Of a stretch of DNA of 64,000 nt, positions 43,265-52,057 are shown piece after piece. Where the stretch lies: assembly GCA_035711385.1 (NCBI GenBank), contig DASTCG010000026.1, positions 2,133-66,132 on the forward strand, written 5' to 3'. This DNA comes from Gaiellaceae bacterium. GTDB lineage: Bacteria > Actinomycetota > Thermoleophilia > Gaiellales > Gaiellaceae. Made by a program: the position numbers and the translations under genes. Numbering within the stretch: position 1 is the stretch's first letter; every line of letters starts with the position of its first letter. The notes beneath the pieces were generated by a model that had not been told where the DNA came from, searched no databases, and worked only from the letters and a program-made list of their open reading frames with translations.

Positions 43265-46200
43265 CTAGCGGTGCCCGAAGTGGTGGGCCGGCGGGAGCGA
43301 GCCTCCAAGCTGGTCGACGTCGGCGAGCCGCCGCGCGAGCGGCGCGAGGCTCTCGATCTCCCGCACGAGCACGTTCTGGTTCCGACCCTGGCGCTCGAAC
43401 CTCCCCCGGGCGAGCACGAGCTTCTCGGCGCGGACGACGGCGCGATGCCGCTCGTACACCGTCGGCGGGACGATGAGGTTCACCTGGCCCCACTCGTCTT
43501 CGAGAAGCATGAACACGACGCCGTTCGCCGTCGACGGGCGCTGGCGCGCCACGACCATTCCGGCCACGACCACACGGGTCCGGTCCGCGGTCTCCCGCAG
43601 CTCACGGCTCGAGAGGACGCCGCTCGAAAGCTCGGACCGCAGCAGCTCCAGCGGATGGACGCCCACGGAGACGCTCGTCGTGCGGTAGTCCGAGAGCATC
43701 CGCTCCCAGTCCGTCGGCTCCGGCAGCTCCGGTGTCTCCACCGTCGGATCGAGCGGCAACGCCAGCTGCCGCGCCTCCCCGCCCGACCCCGGCACCGAGG
43801 ACGAGCGCGGCGCGAGCCCCGCCTCCCAGAGGAGCGGCCGAGCCTCCTCCCCGAAGCACCCACACGCGCCGGACTCGATCAGCGCCTGCATCCCTTCCTG
43901 GCGCAGCGGCACCCGCTGCGCCAGGTCCCGAACCGACAGAAACGCCCCGTTGCGATCCCGCTCCTCCACGAGCGCCTTCGCCTCGTCCTCCCCGATCGAG
44001 GTCACGTACTCGATCCCCATGCGGACACGGCCGCCTTCGACCACGCACTTCGCGTCGCTGAGGTTGACGTGCGGCGGCAGCACCTCCACACCGCGCCGCT
44101 GCGCGTCCCGCACGAGCGTCGCCGGCGGGTAGAACCCCATCGGTTGCGCGTTCAGCAGTGCCGCGAGGAACTCGGCCGGATGGTGGCAGCGCAGCCACTG
44201 CGACTGGTAGGCGAGAAGGCCGAACGCCGCCGCGTGCGACTTCGGGAACCCGAACCCCGAGAAGGCCACGAGCTTGTCGTAGATTGAGTTGGCGAGCTCC
44301 TCCTCCACGCCCCGGCCGATCGCACCCTCGACGAACCGGCGCCGGTACGCCTCCAGCGCCGCCTCGCTCCGCTTCCGGCTCATCGCCCGCCGGAGCCCCT
44401 CGGCCTCACCGACCGTGAACCCGGAGAGCGCCATCGCCACCTCCAGCACCTGGTCCTGGAAGACGACGACGCCGAGCGTGTCCCGCAGTGGCTCCTGCAG
44501 CAGCGGATGATCGGCCGGCGGCTCGTACGTCGGGTCCTCGCGCAACCGCTGCCGCCGCTCGATGTACGGATGGACGGCCTTTCCCTGGATCGGCCCCGGC
44601 CGGACCAGCGCGACCTGCACCATGATGTCCTCGAGCGTCTCGGGCCGCGTGCGGAGGATCGTCTGCATCTGTGCCCGGCTCTCGATCTGGAACGCGCCGA
44701 CCGTGTCCGCGTCCCGGATCTGCGCAAAGGTCTCCGGGTCGTCGAGCGGGATCCGTGAAAGATCGATCGGCTCTCCGCGCAGCCTCGCGATCTGATCCAC
44801 GCACTCCTCGACCGCCGAGAGCATCCCCAGCCCGAGCAGGTCGATCTTCAGGAAGCCGGCGTCGTCGCAGGAGTCCTTGTCCCACTGGACGAGCTGCCTC
44901 CCCGCCATCGCCGCCGGCTGCACGGGGACGAGCTCGACGAGCGGCCGCGTCGAGATCACCATCCCGCCCGGGTGCTGGGAGATATGGCGCGGCAAACCCG
45001 CGATCTCGTGCGTCAGCTGGGCGAAGGCGCGCCAGCGCGGCGAGCCGGCCTTGTCCTCGAAGCCCGGGACGAGCTCGAGCTCCTCCGCGACGCGCTTCGC
45101 GTTCCAGCCGTCCGAGACCCGCGCGAGCCGCTCGAGCTCGCCGAACGGCAGGCCGAGCGCCTTGCCGATGTCGCGGATCGCGCCGCGCGAGCGGTACGTC
45201 GAGAAGCTCGCGACGAGCGCGGCGTGCTCCCGGCCGTAGCGCTCGGTGACGGCGACGATCAGCTTCTCGCGGATATCGCGGGGGAAGTCGAGGTCGATGT
45301 CGGGGACGCCGGTCAGCTCGCGGTTGATGAAGCGGCCGAGCGAGAGGCCGGCGGCGACCGGGTCGACGTGCGAGAGGCCCGTCAGGTAGCAGACGATCGA
45401 GCCGACGGACGAGCCCCGCCCGCGGCCCGGCGGAAGCGAGTTGCGCGGTGACTCGCGGCCGCGGACACCGGCGGCGACCTCCCGCGCGAGCTCCAGCACC
45501 TCGTGGTGGAGCAGGAAGAACCCAGCGAGCCCGATCTCCTCGATCAGCTTCAGCTCCTCGTCGAGCCGGGCCCGAGCCTGACCAAGTAACACAGTGTTAC
45601 TTGCGTTCGAATAGCGCTCCGAAAAGGCTTGGTTGCAGACATTCGCGAGCCGCTTGATGGCTGGTTCGGCCCCCCCGGAAAAGTCCGGGTAGCGGTATCC
45701 GAGCTCCTGCGTGAGGTCGAATTCGCAGCGTTCGGCCACGGCCCCGGTCCGCTCGACCGCATCGCGGTCGAGCGGGAAGCGCTCCAGCAGCTCTTCCGGC
45801 GCCCGGAGCACCGCCTCGTGGTTCCCGCGGCGTTCCGGCTCCGAGCCGTCGAGCGAGGTCCGGTGGCGGATCGCGACGAGCGCGTCCTGCAGCGGCGCCC
45901 GCGTCGCCGCATGCGCGTGGACGTCGCCGGTGACGACCGTCTCGACCGCGAGCGCCTGGGCGAGATCCCGGAGCCGCGCGTTCCGCCGTACGTCCCCCCG
46001 TTCGAACGGTCGCTGGAGCTCGACGAAGAAGCGCTCCGGCCCGAACGCACGGGCGAGCCGGGCGGCGGAGTTCGGGCTCCGGACGGCAAGCCCGAACCGC
46101 GAGCAGCCGGACAGGCAGAAGAGCCCCTCGTTCAGCTCCTCGAGCAGCGCCTGGTCGAGCGCAGGATCGAGCGCCACGCTACGCGTCTTGGAGTCCGGCC

Positions 46201-46498
46201 GGGTCTCGGCGTGCGCCGTCGTGAGCAGCCGGCAGAGGTTTGCGTACCCGCGCGGGCTCTCCACCAGCAGCGTGACGTGCGAGCCGTCGCCGAGCGTGAC
46301 CTCGGCTCCGGTGATCGGACGCACGCCGAACGCCTTCGCGGCGTGGGCGAACTCCAGCGAGCCGTAGACGCCCTCGTGGTCGGTGAGCGCCAGCGCGTCG
46401 TAGCCGAGCTCGGCCGCGCGGACCGCCAGCTCCTCGGGCAGCGAGGCACCGTCGAGGAACGAATACGCTGAATGGGCATGGAGCTCGACGTAGGCCAC
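43265..46498 (-). CDS. dnaE2: error-prone DNA polymerase III alpha subunit DnaE2 (ImuC)
   Basis: 1077 aa. PHP N-terminus YVELHAHSAYSFLDGAS. Length and sequence are of DnaE2 type. GTG start at 46498. Confidence 0.9.
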   Translation of the reverse strand: MAYVELHAHSAYSFLDGASLPEELAVRAAELGYDALALTDHEGVYGSLEFAHAAKAFGVRPITGAEVTLGDGSHVTLLVESPRGYANLCRLLTTAHAETRPDSKTRSVALDPALDQALLEELNEGLFCLSGCSRFGLAVRSPNSAARLARAFGPERFFVELQRPFERGDVRRNARLRDLAQALAVETVVTGDVHAHAATRAPLQDALVAIRHRTSLDGSEPERRGNHEAVLRAPEELLERFPLDRDAVERTGAVAERCEFDLTQELGYRYPDFSGGAEPAIKRLANVCNQAFSERYSNASNTVLLGQARARLDEELKLIEEIGLAGFFLLHHEVLELAREVAAGVRGRESPRNSLPPGRGRGSSVGSIVCYLTGLSHVDPVAAGLSLGRFINRELTGVPDIDLDFPRDIREKLIVAVTERYGREHAALVASFSTYRSRGAIRDIGKALGLPFGELERLARVSDGWNAKRVAEELELVPGFEDKAGSPRWRAFAQLTHEIAGLPRHISQHPGGMVISTRPLVELVPVQPAAMAGRQLVQWDKDSCDDAGFLKIDLLGLGMLSAVEECVDQIARLRGEPIDLSRIPLDDPETFAQIRDADTVGAFQIESRAQMQTILRTRPETLEDIMVQVALVRPGPIQGKAVHPYIERRQRLREDPTYEPPADHPLLQEPLRDTLGVVVFQDQVLEVAMALSGFTVGEAEGLRRAMSRKRSEAALEAYRRRFVEGAIGRGVEEELANSIYDKLVAFSGFGFPKSHAAAFGLLAYQSQWLRCHHPAEFLAALLNAQPMGFYPPATLVRDAQRRGVEVLPPHVNLSDAKCVVEGGRVRMGIEYVTSIGEDEAKALVEERDRNGAFLSVRDLAQRVPLRQEGMQALIESGACGCFGEEARPLLWEAGLAPRSSSVPGSGGEARQLALPLDPTVETPELPEPTDWERMLSDYRTTSVSVGVHPLELLRSELSSGVLSSRELRETADRTRVVVAGMVVARQRPSTANGVVFMLLEDEWGQVNLIVPPTVYERHRAVVRAEKLVLARGRFERQGRNQNVLVREIESLAPLARRLADVDQLGGSLPPAHHFGHR

Positions 46499-47248
46499 GC
46501 GGTCGTCCTAGGCCCCGGCGAGGGTGAGCGGCTGAACGACCGGATCGTCGTCAAGCTCGAGACGTCGGAGATTTCGGTCAACGAGGTGGACGTGGGCCCG
46601 GACTTCGAGGGACCGGGCCCGCACTTCCACCGAGACCATGTCGACGCGTTCTACGTCCTCGACGGAACACTCGAGTTCATCGTCGGGGACGAGACGCTTC
46701 GTGCGCAGGCGGGAACGACTGTGGCCGTCCCGCCCGGAATCGTCCACGGGTTCACGAACGCCGGACCCGGCCGTGCCCGCTACCTCAACATCCACGCCCC
46801 CGACGGCGGCTTCATCGAATACCTGCGCCATGCGGTCCGCGGCGGGACGTTTCAGTGGGACAGCTACGACGTCGACGAGCCCTACGGGCCAGCAACCGCG
46901 CAGATCGTGGGGCCGGACGGCGGGGAACGGCTTTCCCGGCGAGAGGGCTTGGCGAACACGATCAGGGGCGAAACGACCGAGCTGTCTCTGTTCGTGCTCG
47001 AGTTCGACGAACGCTGGGAGGGGGTCGACCCGCACAGCCACGACGACCACGTCGACTCGTTCTTCCTGCTCGACGGCGAGGTCGATTTCCTCGCCGGGGA
47101 CGAGACGGTGCGCCTCGGCCCGGGCTCGTACTTCGCGGCGCCCCTCGGCGTGACGCACGGGTTCCGCCCCGTTGGGCCGGCGCGGCTCTTCAACATCCAC
47201 GCGCCCGACGCAGGGTTCGCAGCGCGGGCCCGCGGACGTCGAAGCTAG
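46472..47248 (+). CDS. bicupin protein (two cupin_2 domains)
   Basis: Two repeats of the G..H.H....D..F.vLdGe..F pattern. The first beta-strands start right after ATG 46472/46478, so its 5' end overlaps the divergent dnaE2 start by 21-27 nt. Confidence 0.75.
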   Translation: MGMELDVGHAVVLGPGEGERLNDRIVVKLETSEISVNEVDVGPDFEGPGPHFHRDHVDAFYVLDGTLEFIVGDETLRAQAGTTVAVPPGIVHGFTNAGPGRARYLNIHAPDGGFIEYLRHAVRGGTFQWDSYDVDEPYGPATAQIVGPDGGERLSRREGLANTIRGETTELSLFVLEFDERWEGVDPHSHDDHVDSFFLLDGEVDFLAGDETVRLGPGSYFAAPLGVTHGFRPVGPARLFNIHAPDAGFAARARGRRS

Positions 47249-47895
47249 GCCTGGCCTTCCCCGACCATCTCTCCCATGTAGGGCGGAAGCTCCAGCGCTC
47301 GCTCGAACGCTGCCCGGTCGTGCACCGGCTCGCCGTGCGAGATGATGACGCGCTCGAACGGCAGCTCGAGCAGCTCTCTGAGCGCGGGAAGGACCCGTTT
47401 CTCGTGCCACGGCGTCCCCCAGACGACGAGCTCGCCGTCGCGCTCCGTCAACGCGTCGGCGAAGACGAGCGCTCGCTGCTCCGGGAGCCAGAGCGGCGTC
47501 TCGTTCCGGCCGCGGCCGTCGTAGAGCGCGACGAGGCCACCGGGCAGCCCGCTCCCCTCGCCGATCCACTCGAGCTCCGTCTCCGGCGCGTCGCCCGCAA
47601 AGAAGACGTCCGGCCCGAAAGCCCGCGCGCCGTAGCGCCTCGCGAAGAGATCGACGTCGCGGACGTGGTCCGGCTTGAGCACGACCAGGAACGTCGGTGG
47701 GCGTGTGTCGAGCCGCTGCCAGATCTCGGTCGCCTGCTCCGGGGGAGCGAGCGGGTCCAGCAGCCCGACCTCGCCGCCCGACTCGACGCACGTCGAGGTG
47801 ACCGGCGGGTCCCAGCTGACGTGCGGCGCCCAATCGGGGTGCTCCGTGCGCCAGATCCAGAGCCCCGGCGCGACGTCGCGGATCTCGGGTCTCAC
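47245..47895 (-). CDS. hypothetical protein, possibly degenerate MBL-fold (216 aa)
   Basis: GTG 47895 forms a GTGA overlap with the upstream VOC gene stop. The LKPDHVRD segment is only loosely HxHxDH-like. The family call is weak. Confidence 0.55.
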   Translation of the reverse strand: MRPEIRDVAPGLWIWRTEHPDWAPHVSWDPPVTSTCVESGGEVGLLDPLAPPEQATEIWQRLDTRPPTFLVVLKPDHVRDVDLFARRYGARAFGPDVFFAGDAPETELEWIGEGSGLPGGLVALYDGRGRNETPLWLPEQRALVFADALTERDGELVVWGTPWHEKRVLPALRELLELPFERVIISHGEPVHDRAAFERALELPPYMGEMVGEGQA

Positions 47896-48257
47896 GACGG
47901 CTCCTGGTAGATGCCGAGGATGTTCCCGCCCGGGTCGCGGAATCTCGCAGTGATCTCCGGTGCATCGCCGCCGATCGGCTGCACGATCTCGCCTCCGTGG
48001 GTGACGATCGCCTCCACGGCCGCCTCCGCGTCGTCGACCATGACGTACAGCAGCAGGCCGGGGTCGGTCGACGGCGGCCGGCCCGTGACCCACGTGCCGC
48101 TGACCTCGCCGATGGTGTCGTCGAACGCCGTCGCGCCGTCCCCCCGCTTCCGGAGCCGCCAGCCGAAGACTGCTGCATAGAAGGCTGCCGACCGCTCGAT
48201 GTCGGTCGCGGGGATCTCGACGTAACAGATCTTGCCGTCTGCATGGGTGGGAGGCAT
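47892..48257 (-). CDS. VOC-family (glyoxalase-fold) protein
   Basis: 121 aa. YVEIPATDIERSAAFY...FRDPGGNILGIY pattern. Confidence 0.8.
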   Translation of the reverse strand: MPPTHADGKICYVEIPATDIERSAAFYAAVFGWRLRKRGDGATAFDDTIGEVSGTWVTGRPPSTDPGLLLYVMVDDAEAAVEAIVTHGGEIVQPIGGDAPEITARFRDPGGNILGIYQEPS

Positions 48258-48294
48258 TCGGGCTCCTTTCTCGGCGGATCCATTGTGCTGCCTG

Positions 48295-48552
48295 CTAGGC
48301 GCCGCGCTGGCTGAACCAGCGGCCCTGCTCGTCGTCGTGGAAGACGACGACGTTCTGGCCGCTCTCCAGCACGACGTCGAAGTAGCGGCGGTTGATCGGC
48401 TGCTCCGTCCACCAGCGGTCGAGCACGCGCCACTCCTCGCGGATCAGCTCGACGCCCAGGCGGTTGACGAGACGCGGCGCCCCGTCTGCTCGTGGCTCGA
48501 CGAGGGCGGGCCGCGGCTCATTGAGAGCCTTCAGTGCGGTGTGCTTCGTCAC
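48295..48552 (-). CDS. small conserved protein, DUF6504-like, mutasome-associated (85 aa)
   Basis: EEWRVLDRWW...RRYFDVVLESGQNVVVFHDDEQGRWF pattern, recalled from memory as typical of small ORFs next to imuB. Position is directly downstream of imuB. Confidence 0.55.
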   Translation of the reverse strand: MTKHTALKALNEPRPALVEPRADGAPRLVNRLGVELIREEWRVLDRWWTEQPINRRYFDVVLESGQNVVVFHDDEQGRWFSQRGA

Positions 48553-48682
48553 CCGGGTGCGAATGCAAGGACGCAGGAAGCGCCCGTATCCGCAGCGATC
48601 CGGGTGCGACTGAGGACGCCGCAGTCGGGCCGCACAGCGCGGCCGGGTAGCACAAGGCTCACCGTGCCGGAGGCTCTCGGCC

Positions 48683-49867
48683 CTAGCCGTCCCGCGGAAC
48701 GAACAGTGCGCGCGCTTCGGGGATCCGCGACCACGGTGCGACTTCGACGACGCTTGCGACCGCCCCGCCGCCGGTCGAGGCCTTGACCTGGCGCAGGCCT
48801 TCGCGGAGGCGGGTCTCGAGCTCGGCTCCCTCGGTCTTGACGAGCTCGAGCTGGCGGCCGGTGTCGTCGGACAGCTCGACGAGCTCGAGGCGGAGGGCCA
48901 GAACCGGCGCGGGCAGCTCGGCGATCTTCGGGCCGAGCGCGATCCGGATCCGGTCGTGGTCGCCGGCGAGATCGCGGAAGGTCAGCGTCCGGCGCCAGGA
49001 GGCTCCACCGACGAGTCGTGCCGAAAGTGCGACCTTCCGGATGAAGCGGTCGGCGCGCTCGGGGCGGGCCACGGCCTTCTCGGCCAGGGTGGCGAGCGCG
49101 CGGCGAAGCGTGAGCTCGTTCCCGACCGCCTCGGGAAATTCGAGCTCCTCGACCACCTCGGCGGGCGGGCGACGGCCGCGGATGCGACCGCGCTTCCCTC
49201 CTCTCGCCTGGCCCCAGGCGCTGCGGCCGTCCGGTCCCAGTCGTTCGGCAACGGCAGCGCCCGGGAGCCCGGCAAGCTGTCCGACCTTCCTCACTCCCAG
49301 CGCCTCGAGCTCCTCGCGACGTCGCTCGTCGAGCCCGAGCAGGCGGAGCGGAAGCGGAGCGAGGAAGTCCCGCGTGCGCTCGTCGGAGACGACGAGCACC
49401 TGGCCTGGGCGCGCGACGTTGGCAGCCGCGAGGGCGGCGAAGCGGCGGGTGGCCGCGCCAACGCGCGCGTCCCAGTGGGAGCCGACCGCTGCGAGGGCGC
49501 GCCTGAGCGCCGGCTCGAGGCCGCCGTAGAGGCGTTCCACCCCGCGCGTGTCGAAGTAGGCGGTGCCGAGCCCTGCGGACTCGACCGCGAAGCCGTTGTC
49601 CTCGAGCCGGCGGACGATCTCCTCCCAGTCCCGCTCGGCCGAGGCCGGATCGGGCTCGACGAGCGCGAGCTTCGGGCAGGTCGCGAGCGCCTCCCCCATG
49701 CGCATCCCCGGCTTCACCCCGGCCTGGTCGGCCGCGGCGGTGACCGGCCCGATCAGCGGCTCGGCGCCTTCCGAAGGCGCGAGCGCGGCGGGCAGGAGCG
49801 CGAGGCCCGGCCGCTTGCGGAGCGCGGCGCGAAGCTCGAACGCGGGGATGGCGAGGCAAGCGATCAT
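48683..49867 (-). CDS. imuB: ImuB, Y-family-polymerase-like mutasome subunit
   Basis: MIACLAIPAFELRAAL... DinB-like fold without the catalytic acidic triad context. SOS boxes lie immediately upstream and dnaE2 lies downstream. Confidence 0.85.
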   Translation of the reverse strand: MIACLAIPAFELRAALRKRPGLALLPAALAPSEGAEPLIGPVTAAADQAGVKPGMRMGEALATCPKLALVEPDPASAERDWEEIVRRLEDNGFAVESAGLGTAYFDTRGVERLYGGLEPALRRALAAVGSHWDARVGAATRRFAALAAANVARPGQVLVVSDERTRDFLAPLPLRLLGLDERRREELEALGVRKVGQLAGLPGAAVAERLGPDGRSAWGQARGGKRGRIRGRRPPAEVVEELEFPEAVGNELTLRRALATLAEKAVARPERADRFIRKVALSARLVGGASWRRTLTFRDLAGDHDRIRIALGPKIAELPAPVLALRLELVELSDDTGRQLELVKTEGAELETRLREGLRQVKASTGGGAVASVVEVAPWSRIPEARALFVPRDG

Positions 49868-49870
49868 GAC

Positions 49871-49884
49871 CGAACACCTGTTCT
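49871..49884 (-). promoter_or_regulatory. LexA (SOS) box 1, CGAAC-N4-GTTCT
   Basis: Matches the actinobacterial/Gram-positive TCGAAC-N4-GTTCGA consensus core. It lies 4 nt upstream of the imuB ATG. Confidence 0.7.
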
Positions 49885-49909
49885 ATCACGAACGTGTGTT
49901 CGATGTCAA
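49880..49909 (-). promoter_or_regulatory. imuB promoter (TTGACA-17/18 nt-ATAGAAC)
   Basis: Minus-strand TTGACA at 49909-49904 and TAGAAC at 49885-49880. It predicts a very short leader. Confidence 0.5.
49889..49903 (-). promoter_or_regulatory. LexA (SOS) box 2, CGAAC-GTGT-GTTCGA
   Basis: Near-perfect palindrome, located in the -35/-10 spacer of the predicted imuB promoter. Confidence 0.75.
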
Positions 49910-50246
49910 CTCCTGATGAACGCGAGGATGTCGCCGAGCGGCGGGTCGTACCCGTCTGACGTCGCGACCTCGAGCGACGGCACGTCGAGGGCGATCGGCT
50001 CGAACGCCTCGTGGCGGCGCTCGATGCTCTCGAACGGCTCCGAGAGGCCGCTCACCCCGCGCGGTGCGCGAGGGCGTCGCCGGAGGCCGGGGTGTACTCG
50101 TCCAGAGTCTGGGCGAGGCCTTCCTTGATCTCGTCGCGGCCGAGGACGGACAGGGGAGCTCCCGTCCGAGCAGCCGCGCGAGAGTCGTCGTGCCGGAACC
50201 CGGCGGCCCGCTGACCACGACAGGAGCGGGCGGCTCACGGATCCAT
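49906..50246 (-). pseudogene. P-loop kinase / AAA-family ATPase remnant with at least three frame disruptions
   Basis: ATG 50246 (MDP) runs into a stop after 3 codons. The coding sense continues in three frames: EPPAPVVVSGPPGSGTTTLARLLGRELP / LSVLGRDEIKEGLAQTLDEYTPASGDALAHRAG* / GVSGLSEPFESIERRHEAFEPIALDVPSLEVATSDGYDPPLGDILAFI. Confidence 0.7.
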
Positions 50247-50326
50247 TATCGAGCGAGTTTTCGCGTCCTTCGCGGAGCCGGCTCGGCCCAGGAGGCTCCG
50301 CGCAACCGTGGCCGCATCACCCTCAC

Positions 50327-51001
50327 CTAACCGGCGACGATCTCCGCCGCCCCGTCCAGCATCCGCGACAGGCGCGGGACGACGCCGATCGTGTTCTCCT
50401 GCGAACAGAAGCGGATGTCGTCCTCGAGACCCGGCGGGCCGTAGGTCCTGGCCATGATCGCGTCCCACGCCGTCGGAAAGGACCGGGCCAGGATCGTGCA
50501 CGCCTTCGCCGCGTCCGTCACCTCGGCCTCGAGGAGCGCGACGATCCGGCCGGCGCAGTAGGCGTCGTCTAGGGCGAATCGGCCCTGGAAACCCGCGCAG
50601 ACGATGACGCAGTCGTCCTCGACCGACTCCGCCACCGCACGCAGGTTCAGGAGCGAGCCCAGCAGCACCGTCTCACAGGCCGACGCCGACGCCACGACCG
50701 CCCGCGTGCCGTTCGTCGTCGAGTAGATCAGCGTCCGGCTGCGCGGCTCCAGCACCTCACGCGGCGAGGCGCCGATGTCGAAGCCCTCGATCCGCATCGC
50801 CGAGCGCTCCCCACCCAGCAGCCCCTCCCCCAGCCGGTCGCGCAGCGCGCGGGCCTCCTCGATCTCCCGGCAGCAGTAGACCCGCTCGTAGCCGCTCGCC
50901 AGGGCCTGCGCGATCGTGGACGTCGCCCGCATCACGTCCACGACGACGGCGACCGGCGCCTCCAGTACCTCGTCCGGCGTGGAAGCGACATGGACGCGCA
51001 C
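50327..51001 (-). CDS. comB: 2-phosphosulfolactate phosphatase (ComB) family protein
   Basis: VVVDVMRATSTI, GGER and DIGASP motifs, 224 aa. Confidence 0.8.
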   Translation of the reverse strand: MRVHVASTPDEVLEAPVAVVVDVMRATSTIAQALASGYERVYCCREIEEARALRDRLGEGLLGGERSAMRIEGFDIGASPREVLEPRSRTLIYSTTNGTRAVVASASACETVLLGSLLNLRAVAESVEDDCVIVCAGFQGRFALDDAYCAGRIVALLEAEVTDAAKACTILARSFPTAWDAIMARTYGPPGLEDDIRFCSQENTIGVVPRLSRMLDGAAEIVAG

Positions 51002-51190
51002 GGCGGGTCTACGCTACTTGCCCGTGGCCCTTAACCGCTCCTCCTGCGACGAAGCCTTGAGCCGCCGAGCTGCGCTGGGCGGCGCGAGGCGTCGTCCTCG
51101 GGCGAGTCCGTATCCTCCGGATACGCGCTCGCCCTGCATCCGGGCCTCGCATCCCCCCAGCACACCTCGTCGGCGAAGCGTCATCGCAGA

Positions 51191-52042
51191 ATGAGCGAGA
51201 CGATGTACTGCTACCGGCACCCGAACCGGGCGACGATGGTCTCCTGCTCGGAGTGCGGCCGGCCGATCTGCGAGGACTGCATGACCTTCGCGCCGGTCGG
51301 CATCCGCTGCCCCGACCACGCGGGGCAGCCCCAGGGCGCCGCCCGCGTCAGCCACGGGATGCGACGCGCGAGCTGGGAGGGCACGGGCGCGCTCGTCACG
51401 AAGAGCCTGATCGGGATCAACGTCGCGATCTACCTCATGGAGCTTGCGCTCGGGGGGAACATCAGCGGCACCGGCAACGAGATCTACCGCAAGGGCGTCC
51501 TCTACGGCCCGGCCGTCGCCAACGGGGACTGGTGGCGGCTCTTCACGTCGATGTTCCTCCACTACGGGCCGCTCCACCTCGCGCTGAACGTGCTCGCGCT
51601 CTGGTGGTTCGGTGCCGCGGTGGAAACGGTCCTCGGCCGCGGCCGCTTCCTCCTCCTCTATCTCGTCTCCGGCCTCGCCGGCGCAGCCGGGGCGCTGGTC
51701 GTCTCCCCGGAGACCCTGACCGTGGGAGCCTCGGGCGCGATCTTCGGCATCCTCGGCGCCGCCTTCGTGCTCGAGCGCCAGCGCCTGTACGTGCTCGGGG
51801 GGAGCGCGCTCTCGCTGATCGTGCTGAACCTCGCGTTCACGTTCTTCATCCCCGGGATCTCGATCGGTGGGCACCTCGGCGGACTCTTCGCCGGCGCGCT
51901 CGGCACGTTCGCCCTGTCCCGCTTTGGTACGGGGCACGCCGCGTACGGGCGCCCGGGTCTCGTCGGCGTGCTCGGGCTGGTCGCGATCGGCGTCGTCAGC
52001 GTCTTGATCTCGTACTGGTCCGTGCAGCAGTACGTCGTGTAG
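51191..52042 (+). CDS. rhomboid-family intramembrane serine protease with N-terminal zinc ribbon
   Basis: CYRHP...CSECGRPICEDC, WRLFTSMFLH, catalytic GASGAIFG and GGHLGG. Confidence 0.9.
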   Translation: MSETMYCYRHPNRATMVSCSECGRPICEDCMTFAPVGIRCPDHAGQPQGAARVSHGMRRASWEGTGALVTKSLIGINVAIYLMELALGGNISGTGNEIYRKGVLYGPAVANGDWWRLFTSMFLHYGPLHLALNVLALWWFGAAVETVLGRGRFLLLYLVSGLAGAAGALVVSPETLTVGASGAIFGILGAAFVLERQRLYVLGGSALSLIVLNLAFTFFIPGISIGGHLGGLFAGALGTFALSRFGTGHAAYGRPGLVGVLGLVAIGVVSVLISYWSVQQYVV

Positions 52043-52057
52043 GAGAGAATCGCTCCC

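Noticed and set aside
46499-46700. GAAC-ACTCGA-GTTC (about 46665) as a LexA box for dnaE2
   Set aside because: The spacer is 6 nt rather than 4, it lies about 170 nt inside the bicupin coding region, and there are no flanking promoter hexamers.
46508-48433. 641-aa minus-strand ORF across the bicupin/VOC region, and the 583-aa ORF 59593..61344 over glyS
   Set aside because: They are Arg/Gly/Pro-rich artefacts, antisense or off-frame to genes with clear homology.
49906-50246. The gene upstream of imuB as ImuA/ImuA'
   Set aside because: The readable sequence has a Walker A GPPGSGTTTLA of the small kinase/AAA type and a kinase-like C-terminus, not a RecA/SulA-like ImuA. It is also frameshifted.
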